DNA of 64,000 nt from Candidatus Eiseniibacteriota bacterium (GCA_963717505.1 OY970342.1:155674-219673), one strand, 5' to 3'; numbered from the stretch's first letter, positions 9,614 through 20,078 are shown. Numbers and translations are program-made. Notes: generated from the letters alone by a model not told the origin.

Positions 9614-10924
9614 TTACTGCGGAACGTCTCCGCCTCCCCGCGCGTTGTTGATCGCGCGGTAGAGTTCTGTGGCGCCCGCCACATCGGAGTCCCCGGCCGG
9701 AGCGCGCGCACCCGATGCCATGCGCGCCGCGGGCCCGGTGCGGTCGACGATCAACGACTCGCCGTACCACTGTAGCGATGCCATCAGTTCCGCATGGCCG
9801 ACGATGCCCTTGCCGCTGAAGTGGTTCAGCTCGGTCACGAACAACTCCCTGCGCAGGTCCTCGATCGGATCCTTCGGCTTCTTGTCCAGAAGGTCGAGCG
9901 CTTCCTGGAACTCGGAGCCAGGGGTGAACTGGTACACATCGGAGAAGAAGGCGCCTTCGATCTGGTTGAGGAGCGCGATGAGGCTGGCGGGTGTGAAGCC
10001 ATCCTGGCTCTTGCCCTTCTTCGCATCTTTGAACACCTTGATCCAGAACTTCGCCGGAACGCCGGTGCTGGTCAGGACGCCCTCGTTGAGATCGGTGGTC
10101 AGTTCAGCGGTCTGCGGCTTGAAGCCGAAGTCGACGGTGGCGTCGGGACCGAGCGTGATGCCGACCGAAGTCGCCGTGGTCGCTGAGAACGACTGGAACA
10201 GGTCCTCGTTGAAGTCGCTGGCCGCAGTGGTGGCGTCGATACGCACCGTGTACGTGCCGTCGAGCCGGCGGAACGAGTAGCTGCCGTTGGCGTCGGTCGT
10301 GGCGCTCGCCGTGCCAGCGCCATCGACCAGCGTAACCGTCACACCGACCTGTCCGGGCTCATCGGCGGGATCCTGGCTGCCGTTCCCGTCGGAATCCACG
10401 AAGACAATGCCCTCGATCACGAAGCCGCCGCACGGGCCGGGCACCACGGCGGTGTCGAATCCGTGGCCGGCCTTGACTGCGACGCGCGTCAGACCCTCCG
10501 GGACGTCGCCCGAGAATTTGATCGAATAGGTTCGCGACGCGTTGGTCCCCAACGATTGGCTCCACTTGACGCCGTACCAGCAGGTGATCGGGTCGTTGCC
10601 AATCGATGCGCCCGACGGCGACGAATACACCACCGCCGGCGCACAAGGCGGGAGCTGGATTACGAAGTTGCTGAGCGTGGGGTCGCAGCCAGTGCCACTC
10701 ACCGTGTAGGTGAAGGTGGTCTTGCCGCTGGCCACGGTGCGGCCGTCGTAGCGGACGCTGTAGCCGCGGACGATGACGCTCGGGCCGAACGTCAGGGGGG
10801 CGGATCCCTCGAAGTCTGAAATGCCGCTGGATTCCGGTGCCGGCGACATCGGCGTCTGCTGGCGGGAACAGCTCGTGAGAAGCAGAGTTAGCGTGGACAA
10901 AGCAAGCAACAGGCCCTTGCGCAT
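9614..10924 (-). CDS. lipoprotein with SdrD B-like (Cna-B-like) domain
   Basis: ORF 9614..11002; ATG 10924 preferred (SD AGGAGAA; lipoprotein signal MRKGLLLALSTLTLLLTSC). Central VFVDSDGNGSQDPADEPGQVGVTVTLVDGAGTASATTDANGSYSFRRLDGTYTVRI is an SdrD B-like repeat. Confidence 0.75.
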   Translation of the reverse strand: MRKGLLLALSTLTLLLTSCSRQQTPMSPAPESSGISDFEGSAPLTFGPSVIVRGYSVRYDGRTVASGKTTFTYTVSGTGCDPTLSNFVIQLPPCAPAVVYSSPSGASIGNDPITCWYGVKWSQSLGTNASRTYSIKFSGDVPEGLTRVAVKAGHGFDTAVVPGPCGGFVIEGIVFVDSDGNGSQDPADEPGQVGVTVTLVDGAGTASATTDANGSYSFRRLDGTYTVRIDATTAASDFNEDLFQSFSATTATSVGITLGPDATVDFGFKPQTAELTTDLNEGVLTSTGVPAKFWIKVFKDAKKGKSQDGFTPASLIALLNQIEGAFFSDVYQFTPGSEFQEALDLLDKKPKDPIEDLRRELFVTELNHFSGKGIVGHAELMASLQWYGESLIVDRTGPAARMASGARAPAGDSDVAGATELYRAINNARGGGDVPQ

Positions 10925-11069
10925 GGTAGGTAATTCTCCTGGGTGGGGGGCCCAAAGGGGGTGTGATTGCGTAAACCGCAGCCCAACACGGTATTCAATC
11001 ATCCCTCACGCCGTCAACGAGTTTCGCGATTCTGGCGAGCATTGGCGGCTGCATGTAGGCTCGGCGGCC

Positions 11070-13688
11070 ATGTTCTCCTCGGAAGACCAGCCGACCGTCG
11101 GACCACCGCGTCCGGCGGCGAAACCCACGCCGCCCATGGAAGACGACGAAACGGTCTCGATTCGGCCGGGAAACATCGCTTCCGGGCTCACGGAATCTTC
11201 CTCCGGCCGCTACCAGTTGCTACAACGCATCGGCTCGGGCGGCATGGGCGAAGTCTTCGAGGCCCAGCAGGTCGAGCCGATCCGCCGGCGCGTCGCGCTC
11301 AAGCTGATCAAGCGCGGCATGGACACCGAAGCGGTGGTCGCACGCTTCGAGTCCGAGCGCCAGGCCCTTGCGCTCATGGATCACGAGTGCATCGCCAAGG
11401 TGTTCGACGCCGGGATGACCGCCGACGGGCGGCCGTTCTTTGCGATGGAATACGTCAAGGGCATTCCGGTCACCGACTACTGCGACCAGAACCAGCTCGG
11501 CATCCGCAAGCGCCTCGAACTGTTCCTGCAGATCACCGAGGGGGTCCAGCACGCCCACCAGAAAGGGATCATCCACCGCGATCTGAAACCTTCGAACGTC
11601 CTGATCACGGTCCATGAGAATCGTGCGGTACCCAAGATCATCGACTTCGGGCTGGCCAAGGCCACTGCGCAGTCGCTGACCGATCGGGTCTTGTTCACCG
11701 AGATCGGCGAGCTGATGGGAACCCCGGAGTACATGAGCCCCGAGCAGGCCGAGCGGACTGGGCTCGACGTCGACACCCGCACCGACGTGTATTCGCTCGG
11801 GGTGTTGCTGTACGAACTGCTGGCCGGTGCGCTCCCGTTCGATTCCAAGAGTTTGCGCGAAGGCTCACTCGACGACGTCCGCCGCCGATTGCGCGAGATC
11901 GATCCGCCGACGCCCAGCACCCGGGTGACCACGCTCAGACTGAGTCCTGAAGAGGCCAAGCGGCGTTCGGTCCCGTTGAGCGCGCTCTCGCGGCAGCTCC
12001 GCGGCGATCTGGACTGGATCGTCATGCGGGCGATGGAGAAGGACCGCACGCGCCGCTATGCGTCGGCCTCGGAACTGGCGGCCGACATCGTGCGCCACTT
12101 GAACGACGAGCCGGTGCTCGCCGGCCCCCCCGGACGCCGCTACCGGATCGAGAAGTTCGTCCGGCGCCACAAGGTCGAAGTCGCTACCGGTGCGGCGGTG
12201 TCGGCGGCACTGCTGCTCGGTTTGATCGGGACCGTGATTGGATTCGTCCGCGCCCGTCAGGCGGAACGAATAGCCACCGAAGAAGCCGAGACCGCGCGAC
12301 AGATCTCGGACTTTCTGGTCGGCATGTTCCAGGTGGCTGACCCCGAGTCGACGCTGGGCAACACCATCACCGTTCGCGAGATTCTCGACCGTGGCGCCGT
12401 GCGCATCGAGCACGGCTTGAACGATCGACCGCGGCTCCAGGCGCGTCTGCTCGAAACCATGGGCCAGGTGTACAAGAGCCTGGGCCTGTACTCGGCCTCG
12501 CAGCCCCTGCTCGAGCGATCGCTCGCGACTCGTCGCAACCTGCTGGGCGAGATCCATCCCGAGGTCGCGCTGTCGCAAACCGCACTCGGGGATCTCATGC
12601 GCGTGGCCGGTAATCTCTCGGCCGCGGAGTCGCTGCTCACCAGGGCCCTGGCCACACAGGAGAAGCTACTTGGCCCCGAGCACCTGACAGTCGCCTCCAC
12701 GCTGGTCGATCTCGGATCGGTGTACGTGGCGCAGGGCAAGTTCAAGGAGGCCGAACCGCTGCTCGAGCGTTCGCTGGCGATCCGCGAGCGACTGCTGCCG
12801 CCCGAGCATCCGGACCTCGGGCGCAGCCTGAGCGAGCTGGGCATCCTGCGCTGGCGCCAGGGAAAGTACGCCGACGCCGAAGCCTTGCTCGGCCGCGCAA
12901 TCACAGTTTGGGAGAAGAGCCGCGGGCCCGATCATCCGGATGTCGCGCGCGCCCTCAACAATCTCGCGATCGTGCTGCGCAACGCCGGCAAGCCGAACGC
13001 CGCGGTGCCGCTCTACCAGCGGGCACTCGCCATCTACGAGAAGGCACTCGGCCCCGAACACCCGCGTGTCGCGACGACACTCAACAACCTGGGGCTCGTG
13101 CTCTACAGTCAGGGCGACTACGCAGCGGCCGCACCGATGTTCGAGCGCGCACTCGCGATCCAGGAAAAGGTGCTGTCCCCGGACCATCCGAACCTGGCGG
13201 CGACGCTCAACAACCTAGCCAACCTGAGGAAAGCGCAGAAGAACTACCCCGCCGCGCGCGCCCTGCTTCAGCGCGCGCTCGCGATCCGCGAAAAGTCGCT
13301 CGGTCCGGATCACCCCGACGTGGCGTGGAGCATCGGCGACCTGGGGATCTTGATGCGCGAACAGGGCGACTACGCGGGCGCCGAGGTGCAGTTTCGTACG
13401 GCACTGGCGACGTTCGAGCGGATCGGCCAGCAGGACGGCGTGGCGTGGACGCTGAACGACATGGCTCTACTGAATCAGCGTCGCGGCGACACAGCCACTG
13501 CGGAGAGCTACTTCCAGCGCGCGATCGCGACCTTCGAGGCCAACGTCAGCACCTCGCACCCGGATCTCGCGGAGTTCCTCGACAACTATGCCGGGCTGCT
13601 CCGACAGTCCGGTCGATCGGCCGAAGCCGAGCCATTGGCCAAGCGGGCGGCGGCGATCCGGAGCGGACAGCCGGCGATCTCGAGCTAG
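11070..13688 (+). CDS. Ser/Thr protein kinase with transmembrane helix and TPR repeats (paralogous architecture to 3797..7045)
   Basis: ORF 10773..13688; ATG 11070 preferred. Motifs VALKLIK, HRDLKPSNVLI, DFGLAK, GTPEYMSPEQ. TM helix AAVSAALLLGLIGTVIGFV. Regular ~42-aa TPR units (LGPEHP.VA..LNNLA.......Y..A.PL..RALAI.EK). Confidence 0.85.
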   Translation: MFSSEDQPTVGPPRPAAKPTPPMEDDETVSIRPGNIASGLTESSSGRYQLLQRIGSGGMGEVFEAQQVEPIRRRVALKLIKRGMDTEAVVARFESERQALALMDHECIAKVFDAGMTADGRPFFAMEYVKGIPVTDYCDQNQLGIRKRLELFLQITEGVQHAHQKGIIHRDLKPSNVLITVHENRAVPKIIDFGLAKATAQSLTDRVLFTEIGELMGTPEYMSPEQAERTGLDVDTRTDVYSLGVLLYELLAGALPFDSKSLREGSLDDVRRRLREIDPPTPSTRVTTLRLSPEEAKRRSVPLSALSRQLRGDLDWIVMRAMEKDRTRRYASASELAADIVRHLNDEPVLAGPPGRRYRIEKFVRRHKVEVATGAAVSAALLLGLIGTVIGFVRARQAERIATEEAETARQISDFLVGMFQVADPESTLGNTITVREILDRGAVRIEHGLNDRPRLQARLLETMGQVYKSLGLYSASQPLLERSLATRRNLLGEIHPEVALSQTALGDLMRVAGNLSAAESLLTRALATQEKLLGPEHLTVASTLVDLGSVYVAQGKFKEAEPLLERSLAIRERLLPPEHPDLGRSLSELGILRWRQGKYADAEALLGRAITVWEKSRGPDHPDVARALNNLAIVLRNAGKPNAAVPLYQRALAIYEKALGPEHPRVATTLNNLGLVLYSQGDYAAAAPMFERALAIQEKVLSPDHPNLAATLNNLANLRKAQKNYPAARALLQRALAIREKSLGPDHPDVAWSIGDLGILMREQGDYAGAEVQFRTALATFERIGQQDGVAWTLNDMALLNQRRGDTATAESYFQRAIATFEANVSTSHPDLAEFLDNYAGLLRQSGRSAEAEPLAKRAAAIRSGQPAISS

Positions 13689-13957
13689 CGTTCTCCGAAT
13701 CGCACCCGAGCCCGCTCGCGTGCCCGCTGCGCTTCGACCTCGCGATCACGTGGGGGTGCGGTGGTCACCATCGAGTCGAGCAATCGGTGCGCGACGCGGG
13801 TGACGTCGTCCACCGCGCGGTCGAACGCTTTCTCGTTGGCGCGCGACGGCTTGGTCGTGCCGCTCAGTTTGCGGACGAACTGCAGACAGGCCGCGCGGAC
13901 TTCCTCGTCGGTGGCCGGCGGATCGAAGTTGAACAGGGTCTTGATGTTCCGGCACAT
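13685..13957 (-). CDS. DUF2277 domain-containing protein
   Basis: The 90-aa MCRNIKTLFNFDPPATDEEVRAACLQFVRKLSG... matches the recalled DUF2277 N-terminal signature. Its stop overlaps the kinase stop in a shared CTAG. Confidence 0.8.
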   Translation of the reverse strand: MCRNIKTLFNFDPPATDEEVRAACLQFVRKLSGTTKPSRANEKAFDRAVDDVTRVAHRLLDSMVTTAPPRDREVEAQRARERARVRFGER

Positions 13958-14101
13958 GGCGTTCCTCGTGGATCTGGGTCGTTACGAACTCCGTGCAGTA
14001 CCTTCCCGGCTCGCGCGCTATTCTAGCCGAACCCGAGCTCACCGAAACCCGGAGCGACGAACCCCGCCGGTCCGCGCGGGACCAACCCAGGAGCCATCCC
14101 G

Positions 14102-14752
14102 ATGTCCGAGACTTCGACCCTGGTCACCGAGGAGCACTTTCATTACGTCGCAGCGCGCACCACCCCCGAGGACGATTTCCTGCGCGACCTGAAGCGCGCC
14201 GCCTCGGCGGCCGGCATTCCCTCGATCTGGATCGCGCCCGAACAGGCGAGCTTCATGCAGATCGTGCTCCGGCTGGCCAAGGCGCGCGACGTGGTCGAGG
14301 TCGGCACGTTGGCCGGCTACTCGGCGATCGCCATGGCGCGGGCACTGCCCGCCGACGGCCGGGTGCGCACCATCGAGCTGGAGCCCAAGCATGCCGAGTT
14401 CGCCCGCCAGTGGGTCGCCAAGTCGGACGTCGCCGGGCGCGTCGAAGTCGTTCAGGGCGCGGGCATGGACGTGCTGCCCGGCTTCGCCACCGACTCGGCC
14501 GACGCCGCATTTCTCGACGCCGACAAATCGAGCTACTCCAAGTACCTGAAAGAATGCCTGCGCATCGTGCGGCGCGGTGGGCTGATCATGGTCGACAACG
14601 CGTTCGCGTTCGGTCAGCTGTTCGACGACAGACCGGACGACAAGGAGGTCGGTGCGGTGCGCGCGTTCAACGACCACATGGCGAAGGTGAAGGAACTGCA
14701 GGGAGTGATCGTGCCGATCGGCGATGGGCTCTGGGTGGCCGTCAAGCGCTAG
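14102..14752 (+). CDS. class I SAM-dependent O-methyltransferase (caffeoyl-CoA OMT-like)
   Basis: VEVGTLAGYSAIAMA (SAM motif I), DAAFLDADK and GGLIMVDN are typical of cation-dependent O-methyltransferases. Confidence 0.85.
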   Translation: MSETSTLVTEEHFHYVAARTTPEDDFLRDLKRAASAAGIPSIWIAPEQASFMQIVLRLAKARDVVEVGTLAGYSAIAMARALPADGRVRTIELEPKHAEFARQWVAKSDVAGRVEVVQGAGMDVLPGFATDSADAAFLDADKSSYSKYLKECLRIVRRGGLIMVDNAFAFGQLFDDRPDDKEVGAVRAFNDHMAKVKELQGVIVPIGDGLWVAVKR

Positions 14753-14799
14753 ACACCGGTCCAGCGCCGCGGTTGCGACGGCGCACTCGACGCGTGGTG

Positions 14800-16395
14800 C
14801 TATCGCGCGCGCCAGCGTTCTCCGTCGCGTGTCGCGCGCCCCTCGGCTTCGAGCTTCAGCAGGTGCGCGAGCAGTGATCGCTCCGCTAACGCCCACAGCT
14901 CGCGCGGCGTCTCGGCGTACGCGCGCTCGACCAGCTCGGCGAGTGTGCGCGGCTCATCGGCCAGTGCGTCGACCACCTTGCGCTCGCGCTCGCGACGATG
15001 CGCAATCAGACTCGCGATGCGGCGTGCCACTCCCCCCTGCGGCGAGCCGTGCGCGGGGAACATGGTCGCCACTGACTCGCGCCCCAGGCGCTCGAGCGAC
15101 TCGATGTAAGCCGCCATGTCCCCTTCGGGCGGATCGATGATCACGGTGCCGCCGCCACCCACGATGTGATCTCCGGTGAACAAGGACTGGGTCGGCTCGT
15201 GCACAAAACACAGGTGCCCGCGCGCATGGCCGGGCGTGTGGATCGCACGCAGGTTCCAGTGGTGCTGGTTGGCACCGCCCGCCAGCTCCACCAGGTCGCC
15301 GTCGGCAAGCCTTCGGTGCACTTCGATCGGCCTCGCGATCTGCGCGAGCTGATCCGCGGTCCGAGCGTGGGCCATGACCGGAATGCCGTAGCGCTCGCGT
15401 ACCGCAGGGACGCCACCATAGTGATCCGGGTGCGCATGCGTCACCAAAACGCATGCCGGCGCACGCCCGGCAGCCGCCAGCGAGTCGATCAGCGAGAACA
15501 AGGTCTCGAGCTCGTCGGGATCGTCGCTCCCAGGATCGATCACCGCCATTCCCCGCTCGCCGACCAGATACGCGTTGGTATGAGTCGCGGGGGGCAGCGG
15601 TCGCGTCTGCATCGGCTGGAGCACGATGCCGTAGCACAGCTCGATTCGCCGCGCCGGCTGGCCGGCGCGCTCGGGTCCGGTGCGCAGGCGCGCGGCCACG
15701 TCTGAGGCCATGGGGTCCAGGCCCTGATTCGCCGCCTCGGCCAGGTCGCGGAGCGTCACCAGGATCGGCGCGGCGAAGATCGCGTGCCCCCGTAGCCAGG
15801 CGTCGAGTGCCTGCTCGGGGGCAATCCACGCTCCCAACTCGAGCTCGCCGGGCTCGATGCGCGGCTCCTGACCTTCGGGCACGCGCGCCAGGAAGAACGT
15901 GGTGTCGAAGCGCGCGGTGGAGAACGGCGGCGTCATCCACCGGCCGGCGGGCTCCAGGGCCTCGGCGCGAAACGACCAACCTTGCGCGCGCGCGATCACG
16001 GGCAGGCGCCCCGTACCCTCGAGCAATGCGCGCTGGGCGGCCTCGAGGGCGGCGGGATCGGCCGGCGCGGTCGCACCGAGCAACACGCCGGTCTCTTCGA
16101 GGGTCTCGCGGATCGCGCACGCGCGCAGTGCGCGGTCGCGGTCGTCACCGGCTCCGGTGAGGGGCAGCTCGAGGTCGTCTTTGGCCACGCCGCCACCCGG
16201 GAACGCGCGAAATCCCGGCATGTAGGGCACGGCGTCGCTGCGCAGTACCCAGAACACTTCGGTGGCCGGGCCGCGGCCGCGCACCAGCACGACCGCCGCC
16301 GACTCGCGAAAGCGCGGCGGAACCGGGGCCGAATCGTGCGTCGCCGCGTTGGATTTCACGGGCGCGATTCTAGGCCGGTGGTGCTGCCCCGTCAC
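14800..16395 (-). CDS. NUDIX hydrolase / MBL-fold metallo-hydrolase fusion protein
   Basis: N-terminal Nudix box GGGVAKDD...RACAIRETLEETGV. C-terminal HxHxDH (VLVTHAHPDHYGG) and later TPGHARGH. One uninterrupted 531-aa ORF. Confidence 0.8.
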   Translation of the reverse strand: MTGQHHRPRIAPVKSNAATHDSAPVPPRFRESAAVVLVRGRGPATEVFWVLRSDAVPYMPGFRAFPGGGVAKDDLELPLTGAGDDRDRALRACAIRETLEETGVLLGATAPADPAALEAAQRALLEGTGRLPVIARAQGWSFRAEALEPAGRWMTPPFSTARFDTTFFLARVPEGQEPRIEPGELELGAWIAPEQALDAWLRGHAIFAAPILVTLRDLAEAANQGLDPMASDVAARLRTGPERAGQPARRIELCYGIVLQPMQTRPLPPATHTNAYLVGERGMAVIDPGSDDPDELETLFSLIDSLAAAGRAPACVLVTHAHPDHYGGVPAVRERYGIPVMAHARTADQLAQIARPIEVHRRLADGDLVELAGGANQHHWNLRAIHTPGHARGHLCFVHEPTQSLFTGDHIVGGGGTVIIDPPEGDMAAYIESLERLGRESVATMFPAHGSPQGGVARRIASLIAHRRERERKVVDALADEPRTLAELVERAYAETPRELWALAERSLLAHLLKLEAEGRATRDGERWRAR

Positions 16396-16443
16396 TTCGT
16401 GCGGAATGCCCCGGTCTGGTGCGGCGAACCCGCGGGTTCGACC

Positions 16444-17334
16444 TCAGTCGCCCGGGTCGGTTGCGACGTAGACCCGGCCGTTGGTCGTCATCAGACGGAT
16501 CGGGGCCCCGCCCTTGCCGAGCTCGGCGCGGAAGCGCCGGCCTTGACGGTCCGTGTATCGCCCCTCGATCCCGATGTCCATCTGACCGTTGGTCGTCCCG
16601 GTTTCGAGCGTGGCGTTGTAGCCGACGGGAATCACCAGGTTGACGGCGCCGTTGGTGGTCTGCAGGTCGAGACCCGATCCCTGCCAGTGGTCGCCGTCGA
16701 GCGCGACCGCGAGGGCGCCGTTGGTGGTGCGCCCACTCACGTTCCCAGACACGCGCTTGAGCCCCACGGCGCCGTTCAGAGTCTCGAGGTCGATCGCCCC
16801 CGAGACACCCTCGATCCGAATGCCGCCGTTGAAGGCCTCGAGGTCGAGGTCGGTGACATTCGGGGTGTATATGCGAAGGCTGACGCCCCACCAAGGCCCC
16901 TCGGTGCCGCTTCGTTCGGGGCCGGTGGTTCGAATCTTGGCTTGGTCGGTTTCAACCTTGACCTGCTGGGCGAGTTCGCGCGCATCCGCTTCGGACTTTC
17001 CCCAGGTCTGGACCTTGGCGAGCACCAGGACGTCCTTCTGCTTCCAGCCCTTGACCTGAATGCTGCCGTTCATTCCCGCGTCGACAATCAGCCGCTTGGC
17101 CGCGGCCAGGCGTGTTTCGCGGACTTCGCAGTGCCCGACACTCTTCCCGTTCCAGTTGTGGCTTTGGGACTCGTCGCACCATTCGTCCTTGGCCGACGGC
17201 TCGGGAATTTCGTCATTGGAGACTCCGCGCATGCCGGCGCGAACCGACGTGGCGCTGCCATCGAAAGCGGAGGCGACCGCGAGCGCGATCCCGAGCAGGA
17301 TCGCGATGGAGGGCCCAACGGGCGGCTTGGTCAT
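16444..17334 (-). CDS. DUF4097 family beta-strand repeat protein (putative adhesin-like)
   Basis: Signal/TM N-terminus. Repeated GxIxxxxxSGxxxxxTxNGxV units (GGIRIEGVSGAIDLETLNGAVGLKRVSGNVSGRTTNGALAVAL...TTNGAVNLVIP...TTNGQMDIG). Confidence 0.75.
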   Translation of the reverse strand: MTKPPVGPSIAILLGIALAVASAFDGSATSVRAGMRGVSNDEIPEPSAKDEWCDESQSHNWNGKSVGHCEVRETRLAAAKRLIVDAGMNGSIQVKGWKQKDVLVLAKVQTWGKSEADARELAQQVKVETDQAKIRTTGPERSGTEGPWWGVSLRIYTPNVTDLDLEAFNGGIRIEGVSGAIDLETLNGAVGLKRVSGNVSGRTTNGALAVALDGDHWQGSGLDLQTTNGAVNLVIPVGYNATLETGTTNGQMDIGIEGRYTDRQGRRFRAELGKGGAPIRLMTTNGRVYVATDPGD

Positions 17335-17443
17335 GGGGAACTCCCATCCGGTTGGCCGGCAGTCGGGCCGCCGGCTGAGTGATCGTCGTCAGGGTCTAGG
17401 ACAGGAGCGGCGGGAAAAGGGTTGGACGCGATCTTGCGGGGGT

Positions 17444-19111
17444 TTAGCGACGAGCCAGCCACATTCGTCCCCCGAGGGCCAGAGCCAGGAATGACGCGGC
17501 CAGACCGGCCCACAAGAGGGGCAGCCCGCGGGCGACCGCCTCCGCCGAGCCACCGGTGTAGTCGAGGACGGCCACCCGGTTGATCGCCAGGTACCAGAGC
17601 AGCATGTAGAGCACTTCGAACAGTTTTCCGCTCCCGGTCCAGGCGCCGAGGGCGATCGCGAAGGCGGGTATGAAGCACGCCCCCGCGACGATCCCGGCGA
17701 GGTGCCCCCAGGCCCCGGCAATGAGGACCCGCACGAGGACTGCGACGGCCACCAGGATCGCCAGCGCCACGCCGGCCATCCACGAGGCGAGCACCGGGCG
17801 TAGCACCGGACGCGGCGCCGACATCGTCAGCTCAACCGTGCCATGCCGTTGCTCGCGGCCTCCGAGGCTCGACCAGTGGAGCATGGGCCAGATCCAGAGG
17901 ATCGGCAGCAGCCACTCGAGCACGACCGGCAGCGGCGCGAAGCACGCGCCGACCGTCAGCCCGAGGATCGGAACCCACCACCACCGGCTGGTGCCTTTCA
18001 TGAGGAGAACGAACTCCTGAACGATGAGCGGCGCCAGAGTCGGGCGCCGGGCGTTTGCGGGGAGGGCGCTCAGATGCGTGATGCCCGCGGGCGCACCCAC
18101 CGCGGCTGCCGGGGCGGCATCGACGAGTGAAACCTCCAGAGGCGCGCTCGCCGGCGCGCCGCGGATTTCGGGCTCGCTCGACGGACTCTTGCGTCGCCGG
18201 CGTGGCCGCTTGGGCTCGTCCTGCCGCTGGAATCGGTCGAAGATCAGCGAGGACACGCCGAGCAAGCCGAACGCGCCGGCGAGCCACGCGAACCGTCGCG
18301 ACAGGATCTCGACGCTCCACTCGACACCGGGCCACTCGAATGTTCGCGGCCGCCAGTTGGCATCCTCGTGGAAGTTGAGGCCGGCGGAGAAGTTTTCGAG
18401 CCGTGCGGGCTCCTGCGGATACGCGCGCGCTTGCGCCTGGTAGATCGAAGGCATCGCGGCCGAGAACCCGACGAAATCTGCGCCCGGCGGCGGATAGCGG
18501 CCGTCGCTCAGGCTGCCCGAGGTCTGAAGCATCGTGATCCACACGATGAAGAACACCACGTTGCCGAAACCGCCGCGCAACCAGGGCACGACCTCGAAGA
18601 ACACCGCCACACTCGCGGTCACCGCCATCGGCGGCAGCGCGATCCACAGAAACGGGGCCACCAGCGCCCACAGGTCGAGCCGCATGTCCTCGCCGCGCAG
18701 CAGCTGAAGTCCGCCGGCGGCGATCGCGACCACCGCGATCATCCCGGTGAGCAGGGCCATGTTGCTCAGCCACTTCCCCGTGACGTAGGCGAGACGCGTG
18801 AGCGGCGTGCTCGCGAGGATCTCGCCGACGCGGGTCGCGCGGTCGCGATCCACCGCGTCCTTCACCAGATAGAACCCGGCGAACGACAGGAACACGCCGC
18901 ACAGGATCGCGCACAGCAGGCCGACGTAGGCGGAGCTGTAGGCCGGTCGAAAGTTGTCGATTTGCATGGTGATGTAACGGGAATCGAACCGGGGCAGGAA
19001 CACGTTGGCGGCCCCAACCATGGCGGCGGTGGTGACCAGCGTGCGATGCCGGCGTACGCGCTCGAGGAAATCGGCAGTCGCGACGGCGAGCGCGCCGCGC
19101 AGGAGACTCAC
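17444..19111 (-). CDS. ABC-2-type transporter permease
   Basis: Multi-TM protein directly downstream of the ATPase. Proposed GTG start (19111) overlaps the ATPase stop as GTGA, indicating translational coupling. The ORF track extends to 19315, but that part overlaps the ATPase gene. Confidence 0.7.
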   Translation of the reverse strand: MSLLRGALAVATADFLERVRRHRTLVTTAAMVGAANVFLPRFDSRYITMQIDNFRPAYSSAYVGLLCAILCGVFLSFAGFYLVKDAVDRDRATRVGEILASTPLTRLAYVTGKWLSNMALLTGMIAVVAIAAGGLQLLRGEDMRLDLWALVAPFLWIALPPMAVTASVAVFFEVVPWLRGGFGNVVFFIVWITMLQTSGSLSDGRYPPPGADFVGFSAAMPSIYQAQARAYPQEPARLENFSAGLNFHEDANWRPRTFEWPGVEWSVEILSRRFAWLAGAFGLLGVSSLIFDRFQRQDEPKRPRRRRKSPSSEPEIRGAPASAPLEVSLVDAAPAAAVGAPAGITHLSALPANARRPTLAPLIVQEFVLLMKGTSRWWWVPILGLTVGACFAPLPVVLEWLLPILWIWPMLHWSSLGGREQRHGTVELTMSAPRPVLRPVLASWMAGVALAILVAVAVLVRVLIAGAWGHLAGIVAGACFIPAFAIALGAWTGSGKLFEVLYMLLWYLAINRVAVLDYTGGSAEAVARGLPLLWAGLAASFLALALGGRMWLARR

Positions 19112-19995
19112 GCGGCGGCGATCGTCATGCGTGATTGGTGCACCGCGTCGAGATAGGCGTCCTCGAGCGTCGGCGTCGCCGGGCGGGCCTCGGCGGCCGG
19201 TGCGCTCGCGCCCACCGCGCGCACCTGCAGCCCGTCGGGACGCCGGGTGACGCCGACCACGGTCGTGCGTGCGCGAACTTCGGCCAGGGCCGCGGGTGCG
19301 ATCGTCCACTCCCACACGCGCCCGGCAGCACGGGCAACCAGGGCTTCCGGCGACGCATGGGCGATCAGCCGGCCGCCGGCGATCAGGGCGATGGTGGTCG
19401 CCGCAGCTTCGACGTCCGAGACGATGTGGGTCGAGAGGATCACGATTCGCTCGCCGGCCAACTCGCCGAGCAGATTGCGAAAGCGCATGCGCTCTTCGGG
19501 GTCGAGCCCGACGGTCGGCTCATCGACGATCAGCAGCGTCGGGTCGTTGAGCAACGCCTGGGCGATGCCGACTCGCTGGCGCATGCCACCCGAGAAGCTG
19601 CCCAGCGGACGATCCTTCGCGGCCGCGAGGTTGGTCAGCTCGAGCAGTTCACCGATCCGCCGCTCGATGGCCTGGCCGCCGAGTCCGCGCACCGCCGCCA
19701 GATAGCGGAGGAACTCGAGTGCCGTGAGATTGGGATAGACGCCAAAGTCCTGCGGCAGATAGCCGAGGCTGCGGCGCACGGCGTCGGGATCGCGCAAGGC
19801 GTCGATACCGTTCCAGGTCACGCGCCCGGCACTCGGCCGCGCGATGGTCGCGACGATGCGCATCAGCGTGGACTTGCCGGCGCCGTTCGGCCCGAGCAGG
19901 CCGAGCACGCCGGGGCTCAGTGTCAGGCTGAAGTCTTCGAGCGCGCGCACTCCGCCGCGGTACTGCTTGGAAACCCGATCGATGGTTAGTTCCAC
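19108..19995 (-). CDS. ABC transporter ATP-binding protein
   Basis: Walker A GPNGAGKST, signature FSGGMRQRV, Walker B LLIVDEPTVGLD, H-loop STH. Confidence 0.9.
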   Translation of the reverse strand: MELTIDRVSKQYRGGVRALEDFSLTLSPGVLGLLGPNGAGKSTLMRIVATIARPSAGRVTWNGIDALRDPDAVRRSLGYLPQDFGVYPNLTALEFLRYLAAVRGLGGQAIERRIGELLELTNLAAAKDRPLGSFSGGMRQRVGIAQALLNDPTLLIVDEPTVGLDPEERMRFRNLLGELAGERIVILSTHIVSDVEAAATTIALIAGGRLIAHASPEALVARAAGRVWEWTIAPAALAEVRARTTVVGVTRRPDGLQVRAVGASAPAAEARPATPTLEDAYLDAVHQSRMTIAAA

Positions 19996-20038
19996 GCGGG
20001 GAAACTACTCGGCGGCGGAACCGTCCGCCAGCGCGGCC

Positions 20039-20078
20039 ATGCGCTGGCGCTATGCGCTGGCGCTATGCGCTTTGGGCT
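20039..20078. repeat. short 13-nt tandem repeat ATGCGCTGGCGCT (2 perfect plus degenerate copies)
   Basis: ATGCGCTGGCGCT at 20039-20051 and 20052-20064, then ATGCGCTTTGGGCT and ACGCGCTCTTGGCC. Lies between the lat stop and the ABC operon start. Confidence 0.5.

Noticed and set aside
13685-13688. 4-nt overlap of convergent stop codons (CTAG) between kinase 2 and DUF2277
   Set aside because: It is real but trivial. A palindromic CTAG shared by two convergent stops has no evident functional implication.
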